Shown here in pieces: positions 12,810 to 26,019 of a DNA stretch of 64,000 bases (positions are counted from its first letter, which is position 1; each line of letters begins with the position of its first letter). The translations under genes were made by a program, and so were the position numbers. The notes under the pieces were generated by a model. It did not search any database, was not told where the DNA came from, and was given only the letters and a program-made list of their open reading frames with translations. Source of the stretch: Octopus vulgaris. Its lineage: Eukaryota. The DNA lies in contig OX597815.1 of the NCBI GenBank assembly GCA_951406725.2, forward strand, positions 92,938,001 to 93,002,000, given 5' to 3'.

Positions 12810-13032
12810 GGGAGAGTTTGCGAAAAAAACAAAAGACGAAGACAGGTGGTGTACAAAACAAACAGATGTATTAGTATAACGCTCAGGAATAGAAAAAGTC
12901 TTTTATGTTTCGAGCCTACGCTCTTCTACAGAAAGGGACACAGAAAAAAAACAAGGAGAGAAACAACAAGAGAAAAAACATGTGTGTAGTGGCTAACGAT
13001 CTATCATGGCGACTAGTGCCGGACAGAAGGGA
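12810..13032 (-). mobile_element. Short HHR-bearing element inserted in (TA)n
   Basis: (TA)n on both sides, a second copy at 29030-29205, and a hammerhead at 12900-12935. Confidence 0.75.
12900..12935 (-). ncRNA. Minimal hammerhead motif with variant core CUGUAGA
   Basis: Minus strand reads cttt CTGTAGA a gagc gtag gctc GAA ACAT A aaag. Stems I and II are perfect; ACAT is one CpG-type transition from the palindrome ACGT. Confidence 0.65.
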
Positions 13033-14159
13033 ATATATATATATATATATATATAAATAAGGTACTCAATACATAACTGTGGTTTACCCCGACTCAACCT
13101 GGGACCTACATATATATATATATAAAACAAAGTTATTTTATTCCACACAGGTAGAAATATAGAAAAAGAAGTTGAGAATGAACTGGAATTTGTTTAGATT
13201 TTTTATTTTAAAAGTTTTAAAGACTTAACCAGTTTCACAGTTTTTTCTGATGTTTGAGATAGAAAGACGTGGAAATATTCTGCAATTGTCTTACTTTTGA
13301 TTGGAGTTCAAAAATTCCCTTGTTTTTATAGAGAACATGACTCAAATTAGTATTTGTTTTAGATATGATTTGATTGGCAAAGGATAACCACATGATTAGT
13401 TTTAGAAATTTTTGTAAGTTCCTCATTATGCCCATTTTTAAATATCATGTGACAATACGTTGGGTGCTCTATGTTAAAGTTGTCACAGTTGAGTGAACAT
13501 GCCCTGTGATAGTCCCAAATGATTAAGGCTGTTTGAATTTAATCTGTCATGTGTGGTAGAGGACGATCTAGGATGATTAGGCTTAGAAATTTTTGTAGGT
13601 TTTAATATCATCTAACAATATATTTTGCACAGAAAATTAGGACTAACATGGTTGAGTGAATGTGTCTAGTGACAGTCCAAAGCAATCAAGGCTCTCTAAA
13701 TTTAATCTGTCCAGTGGTAGAGTGGGATGAGTTGTTTCTATTTAGCCCAGTGGCTGAATAGTTATGATTTGTATGCAGGTATTAAATTTCATTCTCCTCT
13801 AATTTTGTGCATCATATGAGGAAAGATCATGATTGTGTCCAAAAGATCATGTCAAGTGTCAGAATAAGTTTGTGTGTGAATAGTTGTTGGTGAATGTAGG
13901 TTGTTAAAGTTCATTCAGTTTTGATTTGCATTTTTGTTTGGATATGTTTTCTTTGTTTATCTGTGCTTGATCTGTGGTATTGACTGAACGAAGGTAAAGT
14001 AGGAAGACTTAAAATTTAGGAGACTTATTTTTCACACATATGTCTATGTGTCCACTCAGTGGGGTCTGTCTAGTACTAGGGTCTTGTATTTTTTATTTGT
14101 TGACAATGAATAATTAGTCTATTTCTGAGAGTGAGTTTTGTTTGACCAAAGTAATCTTT

Positions 14160-15249
14160 GAGCTCAGAGAGCTCTTACCTCTGCTGGTGACAAAAGGCCT
14201 CTCGCACAGAGTGAAAGGCAGACTGTATGATGCGTGTGTACGAACAGCCATGCTACATGGCAGTGAAACATGGGCCGTGACTGCTGAGGATATGCGTAAG
14301 CTCGCAAGAAATGAAGCCAGTATGCTCTGATGGATGTGTAATGTCAGTGTTCATAATTGACAGAGTGTAAGTACCTTGAGAGAAAAGCTGGACCTAAGAA
14401 GCATCAGTTGTGGTGTGCAAGAGAGATGTTTGCGCTGGTATGGTCATGTGGCGAGAATGGATGAAGATAGTTGTGTGAAAAAGTGCCACACCCTAGCGGT
14501 TGATGGAACCTGTGGAAGAGGCAGACCCAGGAAAACCTGGGACGAGGTGGTGAAGCACGACCTTCGAACTTTAGGTCTCACTGAGGAAATGACTAGAGAC
14601 CGAGTCCTCTGGAAGTGTGCTGTGCGCGAGAAGACCCGGCAGGACAAGTGAGTCCATAACCCGTGGCCTTCTACTTGGGACGGAGCCAGCCTACGTATGC
14701 ATACCTTCCCTTCTTGGGACACAAAACTCTACTTGTGAAGACCTGTTGAGGCAAGTGAGGATCAGAATCGAAATCGATCAATGGAAATTGCAGATGTGTT
14801 ACCAGTGCCGGTGGCATGTCGAAACTCTACTTGTGAAGACCCGTTGAGGCAAGTGAGGATCAGAATGGAAATCGATCAATGGAAATTGCAGATGTGTTAC
14901 CAGTGCCGGTGGCATGTAAGAGAACCTTCCGTTTCGCGACCGTTGCCAGCACCGCCCCGTTTCGTGTCCATTGCCAGCCTCGCCTGGCCCTCGTGCCGGT
15001 GGCACATTAAAAGCACCATCCATTCATGGCCGTTTGCCAGCTCTGTCTGGCACCTGTGCGGGTGGCACGTAAAAAGCACCCATTACACTCACGGAGTGGT
15101 TGGCGTTAGGAAGGGCATCCAGCCGTAGAAACACTGCCAGATTTGACTGGGCCTGATGAAGCCTTCTGGCTTCACAGACCCCAGTAGAACCGTCCAACCC
15201 ATGCTAGCATGGAAAACGGACGCTAAACGACGATGATGATGATGATGAT
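14160..15249 (+). mobile_element. 5'-truncated RTE-clade LINE (ORF2 end, 3' UTR, (GAT)n tail)
   Basis: RELLPLL...KGRLYDACVRTAMLHGSETW...LRWYGHVARMDEDSCVKKC...GRGRPRKTW. The UTR has a ~98 bp tandem duplication at 14722-14915. Confidence 0.95.
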
Positions 15250-15389
15250 TTATACCTAAAAGTATATATTATATATGTCCCACTGCATTTTCCCCTTCTT
15301 GTGTGTGTGTGTGTGTAAATCCTATCAGGTGGTGCTATTAAGTTAGACATGGCCTGAACCAATCTTTGGTCAAAACATATCTAAGTTAC

Positions 15390-16360
15390 CATCGCTCTGA
15401 CTCCACATCCAGCACCTCCACCCTTCTCTGCCTAGCAGAACTTGTCCTCACTCCCAACTGCTTTACACTCGCAGAAGAAATTTACCAGCAGTTCTCTGGC
15501 ATCGCTATGGGAATGAGAATGAGCCCCAATTTTGCCAAGTTATTTTTTGGTTATGTTGAGACCCAAATCTTCTCACAATTCTCTGGACTAACCCCAGAGC
15601 TATATGGTTGCTATATAGACAACCGTATAGATGCCACCTCCCTTTTCCATGAACAGCTCTCCAATTTCATCTCTTTCATTTCTAACTTCCATCCTTCTCT
15701 CAAATTTACCTCTACCATCTCTGACACTTCTGTAAACTTCTTGGATATCTATCCCTCCATTGATCCCCCTCTCCCACTCTCTCATCACCTCTGCCTTCTT
15801 CAAACCTATGGACCCCCACTTCTACCTCAACTTTTCCTCTTCCCATCTCTCCCACACCAAACAGGCTATCCGCTACTCCCAGTTCCTCTGCTTCTGATGC
15901 CTGTGTAGCCAGGATCAGGATTTCAAGATCCTGTCCCAATACCTGGCCTGCTTGTTTATGCAATGTAGATACCCATCCACCCTTGTCTAAACTGCCCTTA
16001 TCTATGCTCATCAAATCAATTTGCATTACTACCTTCTCTCCTTCCCCACTCCGACTCCCCAACCACATTCCCTTTCCCCTCCTTTTCTACCCCTCCATCC
16101 TACTCCATCGTTGGAGGATCTTGTGAGTCTTCCGTCACCTCCAGTTAAATCCCACCACTGTCCCTATTTTCTCCAGCATGCCCTTGCTTTCCTTCAAATG
16201 CACCTGTAACCTACACGATCTACTGGTCTGTAGCTCCCACCTTACCTCTAATCCAATCCCATCCAGATCCTTCCCTTGCTCCAGATCCCGTTGTCACACA
16301 TGTCCCTTCATCACTAACACCACCTCCCTCACTGGATCCAACCAGTACACCCTCTACACT
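15390..16360 (+). pseudogene. Penelope-like (Neptune-type) RT relic with Cys-rich linker
   Basis: LAELVLT.NCF...YQQFSGIAMG..MSPNFA.LF.GYVE...YID...FHPSLKFT...VNFLDI, and later SFPCSRSRCHTCPFI. Confidence 0.9.
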
Positions 16361-16719
16361 AGGAACACCTATGAGATGTTTGTCTGTGTATGAACACCTC
16401 CATCGCCTGTCAGTTTTGCTTGGCCAATCACTCCACCTCCAATATTACCATCTTCAGCATTACCCTACGCAATGGATCCACCAACTGGAACAGCATTACA
16501 TTTTCACCCTTCATACTCATTATTATTTTATTTTATTATTAACTTTGATTTCGTATATTTTTTATTTGGTTATTTTAATTTTTTATCATTTATTTTTTAT
16601 TCGGTTATTAATTATTGGTTTATTCTGAATTTTTAATTTCATTTTTTATTTCTGTTACTATTTTATTCGTCGATTTTGACTTGAAAAATTTTTTCTAATT
16701 TTAAAATTTTATTTATTTA

Positions 16720-17089
16720 CTAGCAGTATCGCCCGGCGTTGCTCGGGTTTGTAAGGGAAATAACTATAAAGCATTTTTAGAGAGTTATAGCCAAAAAATG
16801 GAAAAAAAATGATGGTAAATTTTTTTTTAGTTAAAAAGGTCGAGTTGTGTCCCCTAGAGTGTCTGTGGTTTGTGTTTCTGATTCTCGACCCCATGTCGAA
16901 TTTATCGATTTTTTTCAGAACTGGGGGAACTTTTCAAAATTTTCGCTGTGTTAGTTTTGAATAAATGACATTGGGCTATGTGTGTGTCAAGTTTCATCAG
17001 AATCGGTTGAAAGTCGTGGTCAGGGTGAGGGTACAACCTAACAGACACACAGAAACACACAGACAAACTGCCGTTTATATATAGAGAGA
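16720..17089 (-). mobile_element. Complete short non-autonomous Helitron
   Basis: Minus strand a|TCTCTCTATATATAAACGG...cccgagcaacgccgggcgatactgCTAG|t shows a TC start, GC hairpin, CTAG end and A|T target. Confidence 0.93.
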
Positions 17090-17209
17090 TTTCTGTTACT
17101 GATTTGTTCTCATAATCTTCTTCCTTTATGTTTTTATTTTACCAATTTTTATTTATTTATCATTTTTTATTTTTTATTTTTAATTGCTTTGGTTTTTATA
17201 TTTCCTACT

Positions 17210-18510
17210 GCATACCACACAATGCACACACATGCACACATATACATGGACGTACACATGCACACACACACACACACATGTACACACACACACACACACA
17301 CACACACGTATATATACTGAGAGAGGGAGCAAGAAAGTGACACAGATAGATATATACATACACATACACAGAGATCGCAATAGAATAACACACAAAGATA
17401 GACACACACACATACTCATACACGTGCACACACACACATACACATTCCCACTCCATCTACATACACATACCAACACACACAGAGGCACTCTCACTCATTC
17501 ACACAGCCACACCCATCCATTCACACTCCTGCACGTGCACACACACACCTGCATGTGCACACATACAGATGCCCCCCACACACTCACATGTTCACACACC
17601 TGATATCCATACCCTTACACACCCATGCACACACCACTAAACCCCTCTCTCCTCATGTATGCACACATAACCTTCCATACACAACACACATGAACACAGC
17701 ACACACAAAATTCATGCACATGCACGCATATACACACATGCACGCACACACATGCATAGCCCCCTCACACACACACAGCCACCCTCACCCATTCACACAG
17801 CCACACCCATTCACACATCCAACATACCCACACTCCATCTCACCCTTCTCTCCCTTACACACCCATACATGTGCGCAAACATGTGAACACTTGAATGCAC
17901 ATACACATCCATACATTTGCACACCCTTTAGACTGCCTTTCACACATGCATGCATGCACAAACACATGCATACATGCACACACACATCCACACCCACCCA
18001 TTCACACACCCTTCAGATTGCCTCTCATACACACTTCAGACTGCCACTTACACACACTTCAGACTGCATCGATTCACTATTGACCATCCATGTTTTACCC
18101 ATGGATCTAAAGTCCCACTTATGATCTACGTATACCTTGGCTTGGTGTCAATAAATAAAGGGCTGAATAAATATCCCAGCATTCCCATTACCTACTCAGT
18201 CCTTCTGAAGGAGTCATATTACAATAAGGAGCTCCTTTTGAAAGCTGTCAAGTACACACACACACTGCCACACCCACCCATCCACCTGTCACTATAGCTG
18301 CTAATCTCTCACTATGACATTAACGCACAGGCACATACTACTCAAACTACTAACAAAAACACATACAAACAGTTAATACCACATAGACACACAGTTAATA
18401 CCTCACACACAGTTACCACCACATGCACACATGCTACCACACACACATGCTACCACACACACACGCGCTACCACACACACACATGCTATCACACACATAC
18501 ACACAAATGT
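17210..18510. repeat. Long degenerate (CA)-rich low-complexity tract
   Basis: Directly visible. Confidence 0.9.
18090..18256 (+). repeat. 167-bp inverted copy of 25591-25757 (transposase fragment)
   Basis: 4 mismatches in 167 bp by eye; encodes NKYPSIPI..SV.LKES.YNKELLLKAVKY. Confidence 0.92.
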
Positions 18511-18790
18511 CAACCATTCTTCACCCTCTCCTGTCCCAGAAAGCACTTTCTCTTTGTCTTTCAACTTCCAGTCATTTCAAAAATGTAACTACATGTGAAT
18601 TGTTGGTGACGTTTTTCCTCCTCCTTGCTTTTTCTTTGGACTTTCCTATGTTTCCTGTTTCAGAAGTGCTATGCTGGAAACATAAACCAACAACTCTTTT
18701 CCTTCTCTGAGCATCTTATTCATACTTTACATCTGCTACGTCCGCACATTGTTGTTTTTTCTTGTCTTTTTCTCTGTTTTTTTTTAATTA

Positions 18791-18840
<50 letters not shown>

Positions 18841-19092
18841 TGTCTGTCACTTGTTTTAGTCATTGGACAGCAACCTTGCTGGCACATAGCCATGAAGGTT
18901 TATAATTGAAAAATCAACTCTAGAACTTAATTTTAAGGTTGCTGCTTACTCTATTGGTCTCTTTTCCAATCTGTTATGTTATGGGGGTGTGAACAAACCA
19001 GCTGTCAAGTGGTGATGGAAGACAAACACAAACTTAGAAACACACATATTTACATTCATATATAAAAAATGTGCATGAATAATTATTCATTA

Positions 19093-19137
<45 letters not shown>

Positions 19138-19139
<2 letters not shown>

Positions 19140-19340
19140 TGCTTTTGCATTTGGTTTGCAAGATTCTTTTTGTGAATATGTGTGTTGAAGCATATTTTAT
19201 TGTGTCTAGGAAGAGTTATTCTGTTTTAATACCTTATTAATTAATACACTCACCAGTTTTATTTCCACTCATTATTTAATTTTCCTAAAATTTTCATTGC
19301 TTCTTGCAACCTCTTCAATAGCTATTGACTCTCTCCATTA
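19138..19340 (-). mobile_element. Short HHR-bearing repeat (family of 3985-4190)
   Basis: Similar to 3985-4190 and abuts (TA)n. Confidence 0.8.
19285..19321 (-). ncRNA. Minimal hammerhead motif, core UUGAAGA (U3.G8)
   Basis: Minus strand reads cta TTGAAGA g gttgc aagaa gcaat GAA AATT T tag; stem III is the palindrome AATT. Confidence 0.65.
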
Positions 19341-19511
19341 TCGGAGCTTTTTGTTTGTTTGTATGCATCAGCGTGCATGTGTGTATATGGTCATGTATTT
19401 CAGTCTTCTTCTGTGTATGTGTGTGTGTGTGTGTTTCCATATTACATATGTACCTATCTATACTTATCTGTCTGTTTACTTACATATCCATTTATCTACT
19501 TACATATATAT

Positions 19512-19635
19512 CATCATCATCATCGTTTAGCGTCCGTTTTCCATGCTAGCATGGGTTGGACGGTTCTACTGGGGTCTGTGAAGCCAGAAGGCTTCATCAG
19601 GCCCAGTCAAATCTGGCAGTGTTTCTACGGCTGGA
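19512..19635 (-). mobile_element. Young RTE 3' tail
   Basis: Reverse complement of the 15115-15249 tail. Confidence 0.9.
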
Positions 19636-19647
19636 TATATATATATG

Positions 19648-19699
<52 letters not shown>

Positions 19700-19776
19700 T
19701 AATAAAATATTAGGGAATAAATCCAAACTTACAGGGAAAAATCAGATTTAGGATTGAATCCAATTTTATAGTAAAA

Positions 19777-20023
19777 TATATTATATTAAATTAGAGATAA
19801 AACCACTATTAGGCAAATCATACAATGAAAAACTTAAGCCAATACATAAGATTAATTAATTTATATTATTTAAATATATATCAATATTATTAAAAAAGAT
19901 AATTTTTTTATAATTTTGATATATATTTAAATAATATAAATTAATTAATCTTATGTATTGGCTTAAGTTTTTCATTGTATGATTTGCCTAATAGTGGTTT
20001 TATCTCTAATTTAATATAATATA
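19777..20023. repeat. Near-perfect palindrome (arms ~121 bp, 5-nt loop)
   Basis: Centre at ~19900 with 2 mismatches. Arm motif gcctaatagtggttttatctctaatt is shared with 44610-44636. Confidence 0.95.
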
Positions 20024-20604
20024 ATATATATATATATACATACATACATATATACATACATACATACACACACACACAACAGAATATATATATACAGCGG
20101 ATCTAGTTTTTTTATTTGCAAAATATGCATTTTTTAAAAGACAGTAAAAATCTGAAAATCGGCTATAATAATAAGGTTTTCCTGTCTAATTGCTATGAAG
20201 GTATGATGTTGTGGAGAAAAAAAAATGGAGGAAAAGTTACAGAAGTTTAAAAATCGAAAAAACTGTGTATTTATAGCCAATAGCGAGACAGAAAGTTCTT
20301 GTGTTTAGTGGAGCAGTGTCAACTTTAAGGTTGTACCCTGTGAAATTGATAGTTTAGCGTCTGTGAAATGACCTCTTCATTGTAGGTTTCTAAATAAACA
20401 GAAATACCTAATAAAATCAACATGTATCATCTTACTGTTTCTTTTGTCTCTTCATTGATGTATGTTTTTATTATTTTTTCTTAATTTATAATATTAATAT
20501 ATTTGTCTGCATGTGTTTATTTTATGCAGTATTATGATTACCTGTCATGTATTTGTGTACATCATTAATGTATAAGTGTGTGTGTGTGAGAGAGAGAGAG
20601 AGAG

Positions 20605-20670
<66 letters not shown>

Positions 20671-22025
20671 GCATCTGTCTCCAAAGCTTCAAAGTTGGAT
20701 TTGTAAACTATGATAAGAATAACACTGGTCAACAAAGAATTTGTCCCAAGAAAAAGAATACCTGTATCTTATATGTTTTTGCATGCAGAATTCAAAAATA
20801 ATGTCAAATTATCTGTATTAAGTTCACATATTCCATTCACCTTCATAATGCCAAGAAGCTATACAAACATTGCTATGTATGAAAAATATATAAGGTATTA
20901 AGAGAATTGGTGAAAAATATCTATAATAGAATTCTAATTGATAAATATAAATTTTTATTAAAACAAAACACGCAGTTGAAGCCAATCTCATGGTGTGAAG
21001 AATCAACACAACATGTGGGTGGAATACAGCACAATATGCAGTTGTCATGGTAAGCTGTTCATGCCTCCCTGTCTGTTGATTGGCTATTATTATCCAAATT
21101 TCCCAACTTAAATTCTAAATAACATCAGATTCTTTAATTTATGAGATAAAGTAATTGATTGATTGTAATCAAAATTCAGGGTTGCATTGATAGACCAAAA
21201 TTGAAAGCAATCTGAGCAAAATTAAAGAGAGCTCATTTTGAAAATGAAAAGGAGATCCTATACAGCATATACATATACAACAGAGAATAAGCAGGGAATA
21301 ACGGATTCAACAACAAATATAAACAAACAACTAAATATTGAAACACCCACCGTTAATCAATGAATAAATACCTGTCACATACCCACGCTACAATTACATA
21401 CACACACACCATGATCACATACACACGCACATAAAACATTCCCATAAAAACAAATCCACCACAATACATACCACAATAACATTCACACACACAAAGCATT
21501 CTCCCAAAAAACAGAAACACACACATATACACACCCACCACAATATACAAAACATATTTCCAAAAAACAAAAACAACACATATAGACATACACACATACA
21601 CATACGCATAGCTGGCCATACACACCTACACACTCACACAGACAAAATAATGCATGTATGCACACACAAACACACATGCGTACGCACACACACACACGTA
21701 CACGCACATGCACACGAACACATATACAACAAAGCAATGGAAAATAATTCCTCCCAAATTCTTTGAATGACCATCCTTAAAAAAACACTCAAACACTAAA
21801 CCATATTCTGTCAGTAGAAAAAGAAAAAAGAATAATGTTTGCACAATATATTCCAAACACACACACACACAGCTGGCCACAACCTGAATACAAGTTTCTT
21901 ATTCAATTCAAAAGACTTCTTTTCAATAGAATTCTTGAAGCTTGAACTCTTGAACCTCCACCCCAAACCTACATAAACAAAACATATATAAGAGAATGAA
22001 CTAAAACATGGGTACAAACTGTTAA

Positions 22026-23640
22026 CCCTTCAATTTTTTTCTCTTTGACTTCCAAAAAAAGAAATTAGAGAAAGATGCAGATTTGTGCCTCATATAGCTA
22101 GCCAGAGGCGATTGCCCCTCAGAGCTAATCAACAGCAACATTAGTCCTATTTATCTGGACTGCCATGTTAGTTTAGCAATAAATATTAATACCCAGTACT
22201 CCTGTTGTATCTCTCCTTGAGAGATTTAGAAATTATAACATTTCTATTTTTGAAAATCAGTGAATGTGTTTCTCTGAATATTTATAAATAAAACCTTTGA
22301 ATAGAGGTCAGCAGCAATCCTTGCTCCACATTGATAAGAGACAATTACCCCAAAACTGGTCTGTGGATGCCAAGCCAGCAAGGGGAAGTTGATGACCTCC
22401 CCTGTTCAAAGGTTTATGGATGCCGATTTGTGCATCATATAGCTAGCAAGAGGGGCTCGCCTCTTGGAGCTAATCAACAGCAGCATTTGTCCTATTTCTC
22501 TAATACCCAGTACTGCTACTGTATCTCTCCTTTAGAGAGATTTAGAAATCATAACATTTCTATTTTATATATATATATACACACTCACACACACACACAT
22601 TATTTTACTTGTTCCAGTCATTTGATTGCGGCCATGCTGGGGCACCACCATGATAATGGGTTTTTTTTTTATCAAGCAACTAGGTTGCATTGGTGGTAAT
22701 CATCTTGGCTGAGATTAGCAATTAGTGCATGACAATGGTCTGGTGTATATTTACATCAATCTCTTTAACCAGCTTATGGCAGTGATTCATTCATTTGCCT
22801 GCATGCAGTAATGGTAACCACGCCAATTGAGGTCAGCACTCAGTGCGTGATAATGTTCAGCATATATTTACATCAACCACTTTAGTGCAAGTATTGTTTA
22901 GTTATATATCCCTGTTCCGGAGAGCTCATGCAGTTTTATTCCTGAATAAGATCACTCAATAGTACAAGTCAGATCAACTTCATCAAATCACATGAATTCA
23001 AAAACTGACTTTAGTATGATAAATTTCAAAACAAGGGTACCACACACAGTGGCAGATCACATTGTTTTATTTACATTTTCCTTTTGCTTTACATACTGTG
23101 TATTTCTTTGAAGCATTTGTCTTCTTGGCAGTGGGATGAAACAGTTGTGAAAATGTCCATGTCCCTTCACCATGCAGTGAGGAGAGAGTGTGGCATAGGG
23201 ACGTCCTTGCGTTCTGTACTTTGGCAGGTCTGATGCTTCTATCATTTCACGGACCAACAGATTCCTGAATGTCAGTCCATCCCCCACACTGCCGAGCATC
23301 AGCCAAATCAAATGTGAGTTCATGATACACATGTCAACTATATACAAGAAAATTATTTTGTACCATTCCACAAATTTTCTCACCAATTTGTCTCATCACC
23401 AGCTGATCTGAGTGATCAACCCTACCCCATCCCTTCATTATATGAAACAACTACACTCAGTTTCATTATGGTATTACCATCCACATCTTGTTTTCTAGTG
23501 TCCCTCATGCTTGCAGAATGCATTGTGGGTAACATGCAGATGTTCTTGTCATGCCACTATCAGTGCATCAGTAGGCTGTTTTCCCCTTTCAAAGTTCTAT
23601 CTCATGAAAATTGGGTAGCATGCTTTTCTGGCTTGGCTTG
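22026..23640 (-). mobile_element. Decayed piggyBac transposon
   Basis: Minus-strand frames at 23005-23640 give WHDKNICMLPTMH, YNEGMG, VEWYKIIFLYIVDMCIMNSH and C-terminal PLCVYPCFEIYHT. TTAA|CCCT at 22022 is a possible terminus, so the left boundary is tentative. Confidence 0.75.
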
Positions 23641-23970
23641 AAAAGGGTGAAATAAGAAATATATATATATATACTTCTATGCTGAAGTAGAGACATGTTC
23701 TTTATCTATCTCCTTAACTTATTGGTGATTTTAGGTATAATTATACTAATGTGTCCATCTGTTCTAATTTAATTAAATTCTATGTCTTAGTGCAGCTGAA
23801 GATTGGTTGACATTTTAAATTGATGTAATAATTGCATTGTTCAATTAAATGGAGTTGCATGAAACAATCATTCTGCATTACCTCTGGATATCCTTGCTAC
23901 TTATTTTGATATATATATATATATATATATTATTTTATCTAGTTTCAGCTCACAAGCTGTGGCCATGCTG

Positions 23971-24021
<51 letters not shown>

Positions 24022-24408
24022 TGATTATATATATGCAGCATAGCACAGAGGGAAAGAAGAGTCTTGTTAAGCCAACTCCTGAAATGAGTAACACTTTAGC
24101 ATTTGAAGCTAAGCTGTTGAATTTGTTCTAATTTATAAGATTTTTAACTTCTAAATCATTTGACATGAGCTGGAGTTGGTCTGTTTATTTTTTGCATTGT
24201 CTCATAACGCTTAATGAATTAGTTTTAATCATTCTCTTGCTATAACAGCTTCTCTAGTTAGTTGTTCTGTTTGATTTTGTATTTGAAAGTACATTCTAAA
24301 TGTTTAACTAATCTTATTTTACATATGATAAAGTGAAATGGGTTTCACACCAGTTATGCTGAGCAATAAAAAATAACTCATCACTGCAGATCAGATCAAC
24401 AATCCATA

Positions 24409-25870
24409 CACTGCAACACATTCATTTGAATAATTTTTATCTTTGTTCTTGCTCTTAATATGACTATGTCTATCATGTAGATGAGTTTTTCCACACATCT
24501 TCTACACTCAAACTTCAGTAACACCTCATATTTTTTCCCTTCTTCATTGTTTATAAAATTACACTGGTTTACAAAATTTGTTTTTGGCTCTGAGGCAAAA
24601 TGTGAATAGGTGTTTTTTTTAACTAATTTTGATGTGGTGAATTCAATTTTCTGAACAGTTTTGCTCTCTCAGCTCTAGTTTTTTTTCGCTTTCACACATC
24701 CTATTTTAATTATACTGCATATAAATTCAAAATATAATGTGTTTATTTCATCTATTACAAAGGCATATTACAGAAAAAAAACAAAAAAAACAGCATAGAT
24801 ATAGAACACTGATGGAATTAATGACTTGGATAATACAATACACACAAATCATAGTACAGCAGACACTGAGAAGTGAGATTTTTTGGACAATCTTATGTAT
24901 TTTGTCTCTGGGATGTCATGCAAAAACATGCAGCAAAAGTCTCCCATCATGCTGGGATTCCACTTGCCTTGGTAGTTGATCTCCATCTTAGTAATATCCT
25001 GGTGGAACCTTTCTCTATGTTCACCACTCACTGCTCTAAGCTTTGGAGGGATGAAGTTGAGGTGAAAGTCAAGAAAGTGAATTTTGAGTGACATTCGGCA
25101 TCCCATATCCTCATAAGACTGTAACAACTCAATACACGCTTGGTAATCTAGTATCCATGTGTTAGTAAGGAAGCCATGGCAGACTGACTTAAATGATTCC
25201 TATGCTCTTCATTCCTTTAAGGCAAGAAGCTCCTCAAAGTCCTTATCCTTCAGCACTTCTTGGATCTAAGGTCCGATGAAGATGCTCTCCAGAGCTGGGA
25301 ACAGAGTACACAAGTGTTGGAAGGCAGTGCCATTTTTGTCCATGGCCTTCACAAAATTCTTAATTAAACCAAGCTTGATATGAAGAGGAGGAAGAAGCAC
25401 CTTGTTCATGTCCAGCAGAGGATTTTCTTGGACACTGTGTTCACCAAGCAGTCCTTCTGCTTGTAGTGTTTGGACACAGCCCAACTGTCCAAGAGACAGA
25501 GAAAGCAACAGTACTTAGTGAAGCCCACTTGCATACCTATAAGGAGCCCAATGATCTTGAGGTCCTTGCAGAAACTCCACTGGTACTGGTTGTACTTGAC
25601 AGCTTTCAAAAGGAGCTCCTTATTGTAAGATGACTCCTTCAGATGGACTGAGTTGGTAATGGGAATGCTGGGATATTTATTCAGCCCTTTATTTATTGAC
25701 ACCAAGCCAAGGTATACATAGATCATAAGTGGGACTTTAGATCCATGGGTAAAACATTGCACTGGGGTTCATAATATTTAGTTTTTGACAGCAAGCTACA
25801 GCCATACTTGATCAGAATTTAGTCCCTAGAGCTGCAAGGTCCCTGGGTCTCGTGGGTGCCCATGCTTTAA
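24409..25870 (-). mobile_element. Decayed Chapaev3-like DNA transposon
   Basis: KYPSIPI, DLK..GFTKYCCFLCL.DS, KVLLPPLHIKLGLIKNFVKAM, IFIGP, MSLKIHFLD.HL, GEH.ERFHQDI..ME..YQG.W. Possible CAC terminus at 24409. Superfamily assigned from memory of the motifs. Confidence 0.8.
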
Positions 25871-26019
25871 GATGGCATAGAGAGGCTATCTAGTTGGTTC
25901 GTCTGCATTGTTGTTTCTATTGGATATGATTATCTTGATGGAGGTCGACAAGGTCAGTTGCAGCCAGTTGAAGTCATCATCTTTGTAATTATGGAATGTA
26001 AAGGAAAAAACGAACATTG

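Noticed and set aside
20095-21262. Possible DNA transposon with ends cagcggatct / agatcctata
   Set aside because: Terminal inverted match is too short and there is no coding motif, so it cannot be supported.
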